DNA of 64,000 nt from Candidatus Latescibacterota bacterium (GTDB lineage: Bacteria; Latescibacterota; UBA2968; UBA8231): the NCBI GenBank assembly GCA_965206595.1, contig OZ242214.1:3680001-3744000 (forward strand), written 5' to 3'. The position numbers and the translations under genes are program-made. Shown in pieces: positions 1-11,200 of the stretch. The first letter of the stretch is position 1. The number at the start of each line of letters is the position of its first letter. The notes below the pieces were generated by a model. The model ran no database searches. It was not told where the DNA came from and was given only the letters and a program-made list of their open reading frames with translations.

Positions 1-2
1 TC

Positions 3-1031
3 GAGGAGTGGGGAAAGATCGTAGGCAACAATCGTCTGGACCCCACCTACGACTGGGAAAACTGGAGCTTCTGGTCACCCCCTTACGATTTCGAATCCGG
101 TCTCCGCGATCCGTCTACAGAGGCCGGTTTGTGGGAAGATGGCATGTCGCTGCAGTCGCCCGGCCCCAGCCGCTACCTCCAGCTCCACATTGTGCTCAAG
201 TCGACCTTCAATGCTACGCCTCGCCTGGACGCGCTATGGATCCAGTTCTCCCAGTTTCCAGCCGCCTCCGAGCTGGTGGGGGAAATCTGGCCGATCGAAG
301 TGGATTCTTTCGAGTCGCGCAACTTCACCTATATCGTCCGTCCGGATTTTTTCGAGGGCGATACCGGCTTCGACCGCCTCGAGATTCTCACCTATACCAC
401 GGTAGAAGAGGTCCACTCCGTCAAAATAGACTCCCGGAAGATTGATCTGTCGGATCCGAATTATACCCCCAAGATCCTGCCCGACCGAATCATCGTGAAG
501 CTGGACAGAAAACTGCAAGACCCGGCCACCGACCGCCTCAAGCAGGTGGAGGTAAATTTCGACGTCGCCGTGCTGCGCTTTGGCACCGAATTCAAGGGAT
601 GGGTATTCAACAGCGACGACCCGGATCGCCTGAAGCAGCAGATCAAGCCGGGCAACGCCACTTTCCGCTTTGCCGGAGACGTACTGTCGGTGCGCACTAC
701 GGTGGGGGGAGATCTGCTCGTGTTCATAGAGACTGCTCCCAGTCCCTTTACCCCCAATGGAGACGGGATCAACGACGATCTGTCCCTGTCCTTCAAGGTG
801 CGAGAGGTGGCCGTGCGTCGATCCATTCAGGTGGAGATTTACGATCTGGCCGGCAACAGGGTCCGGACTTTGACGAACAAAGACGCCACAACGGGTTCGT
901 ACTCTTTTGCCTGGGATGGAACCAACGGCGGTGGCGATAGAGTTTCCCCCGGCCTCTACCTCTACCGCATCACCCTGGAATCTGATGGGAAGAAACACGA
1001 GAAACTGGGCAGCATAGCCGTGGCCTATTGA
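3..1031 (+). CDS. Secreted protein with C-terminal FlgD-Ig/CHU_C-like sorting domain (5'-partial)
   Basis: The frame of ORF 129..1031 is open back to position 3 (EEWGKIVGNNRLDPTYDWENWSFWSPPY...). It has the WSxWS...SPGPSRYLQ...EIWP core and the C-terminal PFTPNGDGINDD...IYDLAGNRVRTL...WDG...PGLYLY...VAY, both shared with 1041-3107 and 8207-11566. Confidence 0.8.
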   Translation, partial: EEWGKIVGNNRLDPTYDWENWSFWSPPYDFESGLRDPSTEAGLWEDGMSLQSPGPSRYLQLHIVLKSTFNATPRLDALWIQFSQFPAASELVGEIWPIEVDSFESRNFTYIVRPDFFEGDTGFDRLEILTYTTVEEVHSVKIDSRKIDLSDPNYTPKILPDRIIVKLDRKLQDPATDRLKQVEVNFDVAVLRFGTEFKGWVFNSDDPDRLKQQIKPGNATFRFAGDVLSVRTTVGGDLLVFIETAPSPFTPNGDGINDDLSLSFKVREVAVRRSIQVEIYDLAGNRVRTLTNKDATTGSYSFAWDGTNGGGDRVSPGLYLYRITLESDGKKHEKLGSIAVAY

Positions 1032-1040
1032 GGTGGGTAA

Positions 1041-3107
1041 ATGCAAAGGAGCCATCGCCGCAAGGCCGGAAGGAACTTCTCGCTTGTGTGCGGCTGGATC
1101 GCGACCGTATGCATGGCGCATGCGGCCGTCGCGCTGGAAACGATCACCATCGGCAAGAATGCCCGAGTCGATTGGGATGGGTCGGGGTCGAGCTTTAGGA
1201 CCATCGATCCGGAATACCGCGCCTTACTAAATCCCAACGAAATCCTCACCGGCAACGTACCGGGCGCTTTGATCTACTTCGACCATCCGGATTCTCCGGG
1301 CAGTCTCATTCCCAGACAGCTCGAGGAGGGCGAGAATGTAGCCCTTGAGGCCGTAGCGCGAGGCGGCAAGATCGAGGCTCCAAACGACAACGCTGCCGTC
1401 AAGAAAACCCTGGAGGAGTTGCTTACCAACGAGGCTGGAGGAGAGCTCTTGGCCTATGAGATAAGGAACGCTAACGCAAACGGGGCGCTGATCGATGGCG
1501 ATCTGGGAGGCCGCTTTGGGGTCAGCCTGATCCGTTTCTACCCCCGCAACACCCTACAGCGTTCTCCATCAACGCCTTTTCATCAGGACTTTATGAGAGC
1601 GTACGAAGTCTACGTCAACGACGGGCTCAATCTCACCAAAGACGGCAATCCCGACTGGGGGGAACCTCTGTCGGAGAACAATGAAAACATCAACCCAGTG
1701 GTCGAGGTGAATCTCGACCCGCCCCAGTATATCCAGTCCTTCCGGCTCAAATCCAAATCGTCAGTCGATTTCGAGATCGACGAGATCGAGGTTTTCGGCA
1801 CCGGTTTTGTGCCCACCGCTCGGTACCTTTCCGATGTGTTCGACCTGGGCCTGGCCGCATGGGGCAACATTCGCTGGACCGAACGTGTCATAGGCGATTC
1901 GTCCCGGGCTCGTCTGCTGATCTCTACCCGCACCGGCAGGGACTCAACGGCGTTCGTGTACACGCGCACGCTGGCCGAGAAAGATGATGCCCCGGAAATC
2001 TCGACGTCGCTGCGCAACCGCGGCCAACCGATGACCCGGAAGGAATATCAAGCACTCCCCGAGAGCGACGCTACGGGCGTGGATTGGAAGGCTGGTTCGG
2101 TCAAGGACGATCTTGAAAGCTGGAGCCCCTGGAGCACGGCCTATCCGCCCGAGGGCAACACCACCGAGGGCACCCCGATACTGTCGCCGGGGCCCCGGCG
2201 CTACATACAGTTTCAGGTACTGGCTCTGAGCGAGAATCTGGCCTCAGCTCGTCGCCTGGACAACGTCTCCTTAGAGTATCTGGTGCCGCCTCTGGCCGAT
2301 CAGCTCGTGGTCGAAATATTCCCGCGCGAAGTAGAGGCCTCTACCATCACGACATTCACCTATGCGGTGCGCCCCACCATAGAGACCGACGGGCTGCTCG
2401 GTTTCGATGCCTTTGAGATCTCCACGCCCCTACGCGTCGAGAGTGTGGACCGCATCGAAATCCTGAATTCCGATGGATCGCTGGCGGCCAAACATGACTT
2501 CATTGCACAAGATCCCGACGCAGGCAGCCCCTTCGAGATCACGGCCATTGAGGACAATAGATTCGCCGTCCGCTTCCCGCTCGTCCTGGATAATAAGAGC
2601 CTCCTTAAGATCACCTTCCGAGCTGCAGTACTGGTTTACAGTACGAGTTTCAGCGGCAGTGCGTCCCTTTCCGCCGAGCCGGACGCCATCCAGACCGCCG
2701 TCCCGGGAGACGCCGCCAACCTGGGGGAAACCGACGACCCTACGCTGTCGGGAAATACAGTTTTCAGTCCCTCCATCCTCGAAGGTCGGCTGATCGATGC
2801 GTTCGAGACCGTCCCCAATATCATTACCCCGAACGGGGACGACATTAATGATGAAGTTGCCGTAGTCTACAATATTCTCAGCCTGACCAAAGCGGGCAGA
2901 GTGACGGTGCAGATCTACGATCTGGCCGGCAGACTGGTCCACACCCTGCTCGACGACGACGAGCGCAGTGGCCGCTACTTCCTTGAGTGGGACGGACTCG
3001 ACGCCGAGGGGAACCGTGCTCTTCCGGGCATCTATCTGCTCTCGGTCTCTGTAGACGGAGACAGTCGCAACGATGCGCAAATAAAACCCATATCCGTAGT
3101 CTACTGA
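1041..3107 (+). CDS. Secreted protein with C-terminal FlgD-Ig/CHU_C-like domain
   Basis: 688 aa; signal peptide (AHA-A); discoidin-like DLG...EIEVFG segment; C-terminal PNIITPNGDDIND...IYDLAGRLV...WDG...PGIY...VVY; GAGGT RBS. Confidence 0.85.
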   Translation: MQRSHRRKAGRNFSLVCGWIATVCMAHAAVALETITIGKNARVDWDGSGSSFRTIDPEYRALLNPNEILTGNVPGALIYFDHPDSPGSLIPRQLEEGENVALEAVARGGKIEAPNDNAAVKKTLEELLTNEAGGELLAYEIRNANANGALIDGDLGGRFGVSLIRFYPRNTLQRSPSTPFHQDFMRAYEVYVNDGLNLTKDGNPDWGEPLSENNENINPVVEVNLDPPQYIQSFRLKSKSSVDFEIDEIEVFGTGFVPTARYLSDVFDLGLAAWGNIRWTERVIGDSSRARLLISTRTGRDSTAFVYTRTLAEKDDAPEISTSLRNRGQPMTRKEYQALPESDATGVDWKAGSVKDDLESWSPWSTAYPPEGNTTEGTPILSPGPRRYIQFQVLALSENLASARRLDNVSLEYLVPPLADQLVVEIFPREVEASTITTFTYAVRPTIETDGLLGFDAFEISTPLRVESVDRIEILNSDGSLAAKHDFIAQDPDAGSPFEITAIEDNRFAVRFPLVLDNKSLLKITFRAAVLVYSTSFSGSASLSAEPDAIQTAVPGDAANLGETDDPTLSGNTVFSPSILEGRLIDAFETVPNIITPNGDDINDEVAVVYNILSLTKAGRVTVQIYDLAGRLVHTLLDDDERSGRYFLEWDGLDAEGNRALPGIYLLSVSVDGDSRNDAQIKPISVVY

Positions 3108-5461
3108 TCAATGGGGGAACGCGGTCTGGAATCGCGTTCCCCCAGGATCTCTTCCACCACCTTGCCCGTCTTCTCCTCTGCAATCTGCCGCATCCGGTGC
3201 CGGCGAGCCCCGCGCTCGAAGTGTTCGAACGCCGCCCTGGCCCGATCCTGTTGTCCGGTCCTCATATATAGTCTTCCCAGTTCCTGGTAGACCATGTAAT
3301 CCTCCGGGGCCAGGCTCGCAACCGTCGAAAGGTGCTGGATAGCGGCCTCATGGCGCCCCCTGCCGCTCTCGAACCTGGCCATGCTCCGCAACGCAGGCAC
3401 AGATTGAGGATCTACTGCCAGCGCCGTATTCAGGTAGCGCTCGGCCTCGGCTTCATGACCTCGCTTCAAGAGCAAGCCAGCCAGCTGGCACAGGCCCTCG
3501 ACATGATCGGGCTGCTGTTCGACCAGTATTCTGTACTCCGCCAGGGCCTGGTCATCCTTCCCCTGGACCTGGTAGAGCTGGGCAAGCTGATATCGCACCA
3601 GCAGGGAATCGGGCTTGAGTTCCAGGACCCTGGAATAGGCTGCCTCGGCTTTGGCCGGAGCGTCGCTCATCAGATACGCATAGGCGAGACGCCCGTGCAG
3701 TGCCGCCCATTCGGAGCGCCGCGGCATGAGATCCTGATAGAAGTCAATGGCCTGCTGGTATTCGGCTTTCTTCAGGAACACATCCGCCAGACGCAAGCGG
3801 ACATCATCTCGATCCGGATAGTAAGCCAGGAGCTGCCGATAGGCCTCTATGGCGTCGTCATAGCGCCGCCGCACCGCGTACATGGTGCCCAGCCCCAGGA
3901 GCGCATCCTCGTGGGCAGGGTCGAGTTTGACAGCGTGTCGGTACTGGCGCTGGGCATTGGCCTGCATCCCCTTTTCCTGGAAAGCCAGGCCCGTCAAGTA
4001 GTGCTGGTAGACGTCGCCTTCTGTGTTCATTGCTCCTACCCCGCGATTCGTCCCGAACAACAGCAACAGGAGGAGTACCCCGGCAAGTGCCAGCCGGGTA
4101 CCGCGCTGATTGAAAAGGGTCAGGAGCCCGTGCGCCGCGAAGAGCAGGAGGAACGGCACCACCGGCATTCGATAGCGGCCGGTTACGAAAAACAGGATGA
4201 CCGAGAAGGCATAGGTCGCGGTGAACAGCAGCACCAGCGCCCCGGCCGGACTCCGTCGTAAGGGTCCCATCAGACAGACGCCCAGACCGAGCAGGGCCAG
4301 CGGGGCAATCACGCCAAAGGGGAAGGCGAGGCCGTACTTCCACAGCAATCCCCGCAGCAGAGAGGAGTGCGTACGGGCGTAGTAGGGATCCAGGTTCCTG
4401 AGTATCTCGTCGCCGCGCCAGAACAGACGAGCTTTATGCAGCAGCAGGCCGAAATACGCCACAGGATCGGATGAGACAAATGACCAGGACTGGGAAAAGA
4501 AATAGCGCGATCCAGCCGACTTGCCGGTGATGCCCGCCTCGCGTTCGGGACGATTGACCAGATCGACCCATTCCCGACCCGGTCTGATGGTCACGGTATG
4601 TTCGTAGTCGGGATTGTTGCCAATAAAGAAATTGACCCCGGCATTATAGGAGACCAGCACCCATTCACTGCCCACAATGCGGTTGCGCAGGGTCACCGGC
4701 GCCAGCACGAGGGCGATGCCAAGGCAAAAGGCGGCCAGTTGCAATAGAAGGCCGCGTCTCGACCTCGGCAGCAATTGGTCGGCCTCTCCATCAAAAGGAC
4801 TTTCACCGCGGCCTCCTCGGCGTGGGCGGCTCCGCGCATCCGGTGGAGAAGCCGGCAGAAAACGGAGAGCCCACAGGAAGACGACGGGGGCGAACAGAAA
4901 TACGTTTGCAACCAGCAGTCCCGAGCATGCCAGCAGCAGACCGGCCAGCAACCAGCGGACCGCACCGGTGCCTCGGGCAGCCCACAGCAAGGTGAGCAGC
5001 AGGACTACGTGGAGGCACGTTGCCAGTCCGACCGGCAGCAGCTCTCCCTCGAAATAGATGAAAGGGCCGTAGAGCGCGGCCATACCGGCCGCCAGCCAGC
5101 CTACAGTCGGGGAGGAGAATGTCCTGCGCCCCAACCAGTAGAGCGAAACGCAGGTGATCGCGCCCGCCACGGCCTGCACAAAGCGGGGCAGGTAGTAATT
5201 TTCGCCGAACAGGGCGAAGAGCAGGCCGAGAAAGTAGGGATACAGCGGCGGCTGCCAGAAAGGCTCAGAGCTACCTGCCCAGGCTCCGCTCGCAAATTGC
5301 AGCGCCTCTTCCACATAGGTCCCGGCATCGACCACGGGGGTGTCGAACAGAGGACTTTCAGACGCATGATACAGGTAGAAAAGCCGCAGGGCCAAGGCCA
5401 GCCCCGCCAGCAGGGCCAGCCTGGCCCCTGTGCTCCGCCATCCTATGCTGCCGTGGCTCAA
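3101..5461 (-). CDS. GT-C (ArnT/PMT-like, GT39-type) membrane glycosyltransferase fused to a C-terminal TPR array
   Basis: TM-rich N-terminal half with DAGTY and PFWQPPLYPYFLG motifs and an RYRMPVVP motif, then multiple TPRs. The likely TTG start at 5461 overlaps the upstream TGA (TTGA); the longer ORF start at 5797 lies inside the upstream gene. Confidence 0.8.
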   Translation of the reverse strand: MSHGSIGWRSTGARLALLAGLALALRLFYLYHASESPLFDTPVVDAGTYVEEALQFASGAWAGSSEPFWQPPLYPYFLGLLFALFGENYYLPRFVQAVAGAITCVSLYWLGRRTFSSPTVGWLAAGMAALYGPFIYFEGELLPVGLATCLHVVLLLTLLWAARGTGAVRWLLAGLLLACSGLLVANVFLFAPVVFLWALRFLPASPPDARSRPRRGGRGESPFDGEADQLLPRSRRGLLLQLAAFCLGIALVLAPVTLRNRIVGSEWVLVSYNAGVNFFIGNNPDYEHTVTIRPGREWVDLVNRPEREAGITGKSAGSRYFFSQSWSFVSSDPVAYFGLLLHKARLFWRGDEILRNLDPYYARTHSSLLRGLLWKYGLAFPFGVIAPLALLGLGVCLMGPLRRSPAGALVLLFTATYAFSVILFFVTGRYRMPVVPFLLLFAAHGLLTLFNQRGTRLALAGVLLLLLLFGTNRGVGAMNTEGDVYQHYLTGLAFQEKGMQANAQRQYRHAVKLDPAHEDALLGLGTMYAVRRRYDDAIEAYRQLLAYYPDRDDVRLRLADVFLKKAEYQQAIDFYQDLMPRRSEWAALHGRLAYAYLMSDAPAKAEAAYSRVLELKPDSLLVRYQLAQLYQVQGKDDQALAEYRILVEQQPDHVEGLCQLAGLLLKRGHEAEAERYLNTALAVDPQSVPALRSMARFESGRGRHEAAIQHLSTVASLAPEDYMVYQELGRLYMRTGQQDRARAAFEHFERGARRHRMRQIAEEKTGKVVEEILGERDSRPRSPIDQ

Positions 5462-8136
5462 TTCCCCAGGCCGGCGTACATGGTGATGAAACCCTCGGTG
5501 GTGGTATCGGCCTCTTGGTCCTTGAAGTCTCTCCTGTCCACCTTCATTCCTATCTGGGTCGTCAGTACATAGCCCAGATATTCGCTGGCATTGGCCAATT
5601 GCACAGCCACAGCCAGGCCGCGGAAGTCCTTTGCGTCCTCCCGGAAATCGTTGGCAAAGGTGTACTCGATCCCGGATTGCACCGTGGTGCGCTTGAGCAC
5701 TGGAAATCCCAGTAGAAGTCCGAGAATCTCCGTCAACACGCGCTCTTTGTCGGTGGAGAGCAATCCTCGGGATTGCCAGCGCCACTCGCTCTTCCATCTC
5801 GGTTCCAGGGTGAAATTCCCGATTGAGTAGCGGTAGCTGACCTTGTTGATAAGGCCGAAGAAAAAGTCGTTTGCCCGCGCCAGGCCGAGAGTCTCCCTTG
5901 TTTCCCTATCCTTGCGCTGATGGTAGAAGTCGTACTTCAGATAGTCGGCAATATCCAGGCCCCCGCGGTCGTAATCATGGCCGACCCAGAACGAATTGAT
6001 CCAGGCATCGCGGGCGAGCAGGGGATCCTCCACCCTCCTCGGCAGTCCGTCCTTCACTGTGACATCCGGAAACCACTGGAGCAGATCGTCGGGAATATCG
6101 TCTTCCGCCCGCTTGACCATCTCCATCAGGCGCAACCGGCCCAACGTCGGGGTTCTTTGATCCAAAGCGAATAGAGCATAAGAGGTGTGGTTCTTTTGAT
6201 CGGACGAGATCAGATCTTCGCGCAGGTGTCCAAAAGTAACCCGGACATCGGGGGTCAGGTGGAAGCCAAAGTAGGCATTGAATCCGCGGTGATCATTCGC
6301 ATAAGGGTAGTCTGGCTCTTCGTCGTTCTCGAACCGGTCGACCCATTGGTTGTTGTTCATATCGACGCCGAACAGTTGTTCGGGACGATCCACTTTGTGC
6401 CTCAGGAAGGCCTCTTCGTAATCCGGAATATCGTTGGTGCGACGGAAGTTGTCGTTCTGGTTGAAGTCGGGGACGAAGTCATTGTTCTCGTCCCACCCGG
6501 GAAATACCCTGCGGTCACCCTGGCGCCAGTCTGCCCGGATTGCATCGGGAAAGCGGTCCTGGTCGTCGTTGTCGTCGACCAGCTCTACAACGTGCTGGCG
6601 AGTGTCTTCATAATCGATGGATCCATCTGGGCGCGTGACAAAGGTCCGCGTACTGTAAAGCGGATCCATGCTGTAGGCTTCGCCGAAGAAGAACCAGGGG
6701 TGGGCGACCTTGGAGAGATTCATCATCCAGGCCGGTGCCGTCCGGCGCCCCGAGATGCCCGAGGAGGTCGAGTGCGACTTGCGGGTGATATTGGGATACT
6801 GGCGGTAGGTCAGACTCAGATCGTACTCGCCGTAGAAATTGAAGCCGCGCACATTGTTCATCTCCACAGTACCGCCCACGATCTGAGTGGCGGTAGGCAG
6901 ACCGTATTCAAACTCGAGCACCCTCAGATTGGTGTTGTCCTGCACATTGCCCTCGGCTTGCGCGACCAGCAGCAGCACCGGTCCCCCCGATTCGTTGGTC
7001 TGGCGGTCGGAGCTCATCCAAACCTGGTAATCGTTGCCAATCGTCATGCTGAATTCCACTCTCTTGATCTCCTCCTTGGCCCCGCTGGAACGATTTACAA
7101 ACGCAGGACTGTCGAAATCGAAGAGGATCTGGATCTCTTCTACGCCATCGGCTGAAAGGAATCCCTCCTGCACGAAGCCCCCCTGGATGACCGGCTCGAG
7201 GCCGATGTCTCTTCCCTTGTCGGTCTTGCCATTTGTGTATGTGATGAAGACGTCCAAGGCGTCCCGGAATAAGGCCGCCCCGCCCTCCCCATCCTCCGGG
7301 GAATCGTCTCTGAGCACGATTTGGATAGAGGAGATCGTGGAGTTCTGGTCGATAGTCAGAGCTCCCGCTACGGGGTTGCCCTTGAACCCGCTGACCAGGG
7401 TGTTCGACTGGTGGGTGTTTACGAACTGCAATCCGACACTGGTGAAATCGCCAATCTGAGCCTTGACGCGGCCTCCGGACAGGGTGGTGAGATTGGTCCT
7501 GACCAATTCCTGGTCGAGTGTGTGGACACCTCCGGGACTGCTGACGCGCGAATAGACCAGAGTCCCTTCGTACTTGTCCATGGCAAAATCGAACTGGGTT
7601 CCATCCCAGAGCGGCTTCGCAAAGGTCATAGGCGTCAGGGTTGTGCGGAGTTGATTCGATACGGTCAGGGCGTAGTGGTACTGACCTATCTGATCCGAAG
7701 CAATCGCCACTCCCGAGAACCAACTGTCAAATTGCTTTGCCTTGGTCAGCGAACTGCCAAACTGGCGCGGCTGCGTCTGGGAGTTGTCAAAAATCAGCCA
7801 ACCTCGGGTGACGAAATTTCCAAAAAGGTCGTAGAAATAGTCCCCTTCCAAGGAGGTAGTGACGTAGCGCTGGAAGTGGTCTCTGGCATAATTGGTATAA
7901 TCCCATTGCCTCCACCTGTACTCGTTGTAGAGTTCCTGCGGAACGTACCACTTCTTCACCGCCGGATCCAAAGCACCGAACAAAACGCCGGGGCCGTACG
8001 GAGCGAAACTAACTTCCCCGCCCCGCTGCGTGCCGAGGCGGGTCCCGTAATCCTGGGCGGTGACCCGATCGACCACCCCGGCAACCAAGCACGCGATAGA
8101 AACGACATGCAGGATATACCTGTTTCTTGGTTTCAT
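5458..8136 (-). CDS. Large secreted/outer-membrane protein of unknown function with acidic Ca-binding-like loops
   Basis: 892 aa; signal peptide (VTA-Q); DDNDDQDRFPD, DENNDFVPD and DMNNNQWVD motifs; C-terminal amphipathic beta-strands similar to the partial ORF at 63702-64000; GGAGG RBS. Confidence 0.75.
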   Translation of the reverse strand: MKPRNRYILHVVSIACLVAGVVDRVTAQDYGTRLGTQRGGEVSFAPYGPGVLFGALDPAVKKWYVPQELYNEYRWRQWDYTNYARDHFQRYVTTSLEGDYFYDLFGNFVTRGWLIFDNSQTQPRQFGSSLTKAKQFDSWFSGVAIASDQIGQYHYALTVSNQLRTTLTPMTFAKPLWDGTQFDFAMDKYEGTLVYSRVSSPGGVHTLDQELVRTNLTTLSGGRVKAQIGDFTSVGLQFVNTHQSNTLVSGFKGNPVAGALTIDQNSTISSIQIVLRDDSPEDGEGGAALFRDALDVFITYTNGKTDKGRDIGLEPVIQGGFVQEGFLSADGVEEIQILFDFDSPAFVNRSSGAKEEIKRVEFSMTIGNDYQVWMSSDRQTNESGGPVLLLVAQAEGNVQDNTNLRVLEFEYGLPTATQIVGGTVEMNNVRGFNFYGEYDLSLTYRQYPNITRKSHSTSSGISGRRTAPAWMMNLSKVAHPWFFFGEAYSMDPLYSTRTFVTRPDGSIDYEDTRQHVVELVDDNDDQDRFPDAIRADWRQGDRRVFPGWDENNDFVPDFNQNDNFRRTNDIPDYEEAFLRHKVDRPEQLFGVDMNNNQWVDRFENDEEPDYPYANDHRGFNAYFGFHLTPDVRVTFGHLREDLISSDQKNHTSYALFALDQRTPTLGRLRLMEMVKRAEDDIPDDLLQWFPDVTVKDGLPRRVEDPLLARDAWINSFWVGHDYDRGGLDIADYLKYDFYHQRKDRETRETLGLARANDFFFGLINKVSYRYSIGNFTLEPRWKSEWRWQSRGLLSTDKERVLTEILGLLLGFPVLKRTTVQSGIEYTFANDFREDAKDFRGLAVAVQLANASEYLGYVLTTQIGMKVDRRDFKDQEADTTTEGFITMYAGLGN

Positions 8137-8206
8137 GATCCCTCCCTATTGCACGAAGGTCCTTCCGCCCTTTTGACTAGAGCGGCTGAAATGCCGCGGT
8201 CTATAC

Positions 8207-11200
8207 TTAATAGGCGACGGCCACGATTCGGGACAAGGTCATATTGGCTGAATCATCTGCATCTACATCCAGGTGGAGCTGGCAGATATAGAGTCCGGGC
8301 GGGACCTTGAGCCCGGCATGGTCGACCCCCGACCAGCGCAACGCGTGCGCCCCCCCCCGCGCCAGCTCAGATCCTTCCCACACCCGTCGACCGTCCAGCC
8401 TGTAGATCCGCAAGCGCACCTGCCGGTCCGCTGTCACCTGAAACACGGAGAACGACACGGTCAGTTCATCGTTGATGCCGTCGCCATTGGGGGTGAAGGG
8501 ATTGGGCGTCAGCACCACGTCGTCGAGCACCTTGCCGCCCACGGGCACGCTGAGGGACAGGCCCCGGCCCTCGGTCAAGGCGGTGGCATCGCCGCCGTCT
8601 ACCTGCTGCCACACAGGTTCGCCCGCCGGCGAGAGCTGGTCGGACTTGCGCACCAGCGCCTGCAGGGTCGTATTGAGAAAGACCGTCGCTGCCACCCGCA
8701 CCTGCAGCAGGCGACCCCCGCCCCGGGTCGTGCCCCGCTCCGAGCGCGGCAGCCGGTCGTAGGCCTCCTTAGTAAGGGTGTCGCCGGGCACCGTGTTAGT
8801 CGGGGAGTCGGCCTGCATCGCGAAGGGGAACTCGGCTCCCGCGCCCGACAGCTTGCGAAAATAGCGGATGGGTCCTTGCTCCCCGGCAGGCAGTTCGTCG
8901 TAGGCAAAGTCGGCAACCTTCTCCAGTCGCACCTGGCCAGAATCGTCGGTGATCCGTTGGAAAAAGAGGATCTGGCCCCGCTCGTCCTCGGGCAAGAGCC
9001 CATAGGCCGCTTCGGACAGCACCTCGCCGTCGTGGCCGACCACGACCTGGTCGCCCTCATCGGTGATGCGGTGGTAGCGTTTGGGCACCAGTTCGGCGGG
9101 GGCGCTCTGCATCAGAGCCGGCATGCGAAACCCCACTGCGCCACCGCCGCGTTCCAGCAACTCCAGGGTGTCGCCGGCCGCGCTGGCAAAGACCTCGCCC
9201 GTGGGTTCAAAGACCTGAAAGGGCTGCTGCTGCAAGAACTCGGCTTCAGTGCCGGAGCGCACCCCTACCAGGCGCAGATCCAACTCGGCCGGTCCCTGCA
9301 GGCGAACCTCGTCGAAGCCGGGCGTCCGAAGGGCGGAGGGGGCGTCGACAAAAGTCGAATTAAGGTAGATATCAAAGGTATCCCGCAGCCCGGCAGTGGC
9401 ATGCTGCGGCCATATCTCGCCAGTGAGGCTGCGGGCGACAGGATCGAACATTTCCACCTCGATCGAGCTCAACGTTGCCGCTTTCTGGCGGTCGTGAGAA
9501 ATCAATCTGGCCTCGATCTGCATGAACTGCCGCAGGCTGGGCGAGGTTACAGGATCGCCCGGCTGCAGGTTTGGGCGACTCCACGCGCTCCAGCCACTAC
9601 CCACGGCAAAGGAGGTATCGATGGGGCCGCGAAACTTGGGAGGCAGCTCATCCCACTCTTCAAAGGTCTTAAGATCGATGCCCGTCGAGCTGAGGTAACG
9701 GATGTTTTCCACCAGCAGATCGCCGGTGCGGGTGCGGATTTCCACTTCGGTGCCGGGGGAGTGCTGCTCGGGACCTGGGCTCCAGCGTATGGCGCCCAGG
9801 TTGCGCTGCCCGGGCAGGCGGATGAATCCCGAGGTTATGCTCGCCTCGGCCACATAACCCGCCGAATACATCAGGAGCTCCCCCAGCTCAAATGAGTAGC
9901 CGCCTGCCCGGTAGTTGGTCGTTGTATTTCTCATCTCCAGGTAGCGCAGCTTGACCGGCGGGTCGTAGATGTCCGAGATGAAGACGAACTGGTTGATCAA
10001 ATTGTCCTCCCGCTCTCGGGGGCTGACCCTGCGCCACTTGAGCGCTCCCGTGGCATCCCGGGACCCGTCCGAGCCCCGCACGATATACCCTTCTATGAAC
10101 GTACCGTCTTTTCTTGAGATACCCATGGCAGATGCGACGCGGATGTTGTCCAGCCACATCAGCGCCCCCAGATCAACGGTCATCACCGCCCGATCACTGA
10201 CGTAGGGAGACCAGACCAGGAACCTGAAGGAGCTGCCAAAGTCGGCGTCGAAGCCGGACCCGGCCTTGTAGGGACCGGTCATGTCCACCGCCCCCCCCGG
10301 GCCCAGCACCCCCGGCGAAAGATTGTCGCCCCAACCCCACACTTCCACCTCGCTAAGCCGGGGCCGCTCGCGAACATAATACTCCTGCCTGCCCTGACGC
10401 TGTGGACCCAGACTCTCGTATATCTCCTGTGCCACCGGCTCCTCGAACCCGGCCTCGTCCCGGATGTAGTAGACGATCTCGCCCCGCTCCCCCGCGGGCA
10501 GCGCCTCCCACGCCGCCGGCGTCACCTGACGCCCCCGAAATCGCTTGCTGTCCGTCACCAACACCCGAATCGTCTCCACCATCCGCCCCGTCCAGGAGGG
10601 GTCCGTTCCCGGCTGGACAAACCGGGGCTCGCCCTGTGCCGTCAACTCGAAAACCCGCTGCTCGGTGTTCGGCGCAATCGTCCCGCCCACCACACTGAAA
10701 TTCCCCCACTGGTATTCGTTGGTCGAGCCAAACTCGCTCTCCTCCGTCAGCAGCACCCGCTGCTCCGGCGAAGCCAGCACCCGAAACTGGCGAAAGGGAT
10801 CCCCCTCGGCCTCGTCGACAAAGTGCAGCACCACCTTTTCGACCACTACCACCCGACCCAGGTCGATCTCCACCCACCAGTTGTCAGAAGTGTCCGCCAG
10901 GTCCGGTTCCCAATACGTCGACGGATCCCCATCGAGAACGTAGGCCGCAGAATCCACATTCGAACCCGCCCGGCTGATCCCCGGACGAACGAAATAGGCG
11001 TACTCGGGAAACTGCTCCTTGGATTTGGTCTCAAACGTCTGCCGCGAGCGAGCACCGGTGCGCTCGTTGCGCAAAGCAAGTGCTACCTCGTCGCCATTCA
11101 TCGTCGTGTCGGTGATGGTGAACACATCCCCGGCCAGGACGATGCGGGTGACATCGCTCGGAATGCGGCCGAAATCCTGGTCCAGGTACTTGCCGATCTT

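Noticed and set aside
5462-5797. N-terminal extension of the GT-C-TPR ORF
   Set aside because: It overlaps the upstream gene in another frame; a coupled TTG start at 5461 fits better.
8350-8358. C9 tract (G9 on the coding strand) as a phase-variation switch
   Set aside because: The gene is in frame, the tract encodes Arg-Gly-Gly-Ala in a GC-rich genome, and there is no evidence of length variation without reads.
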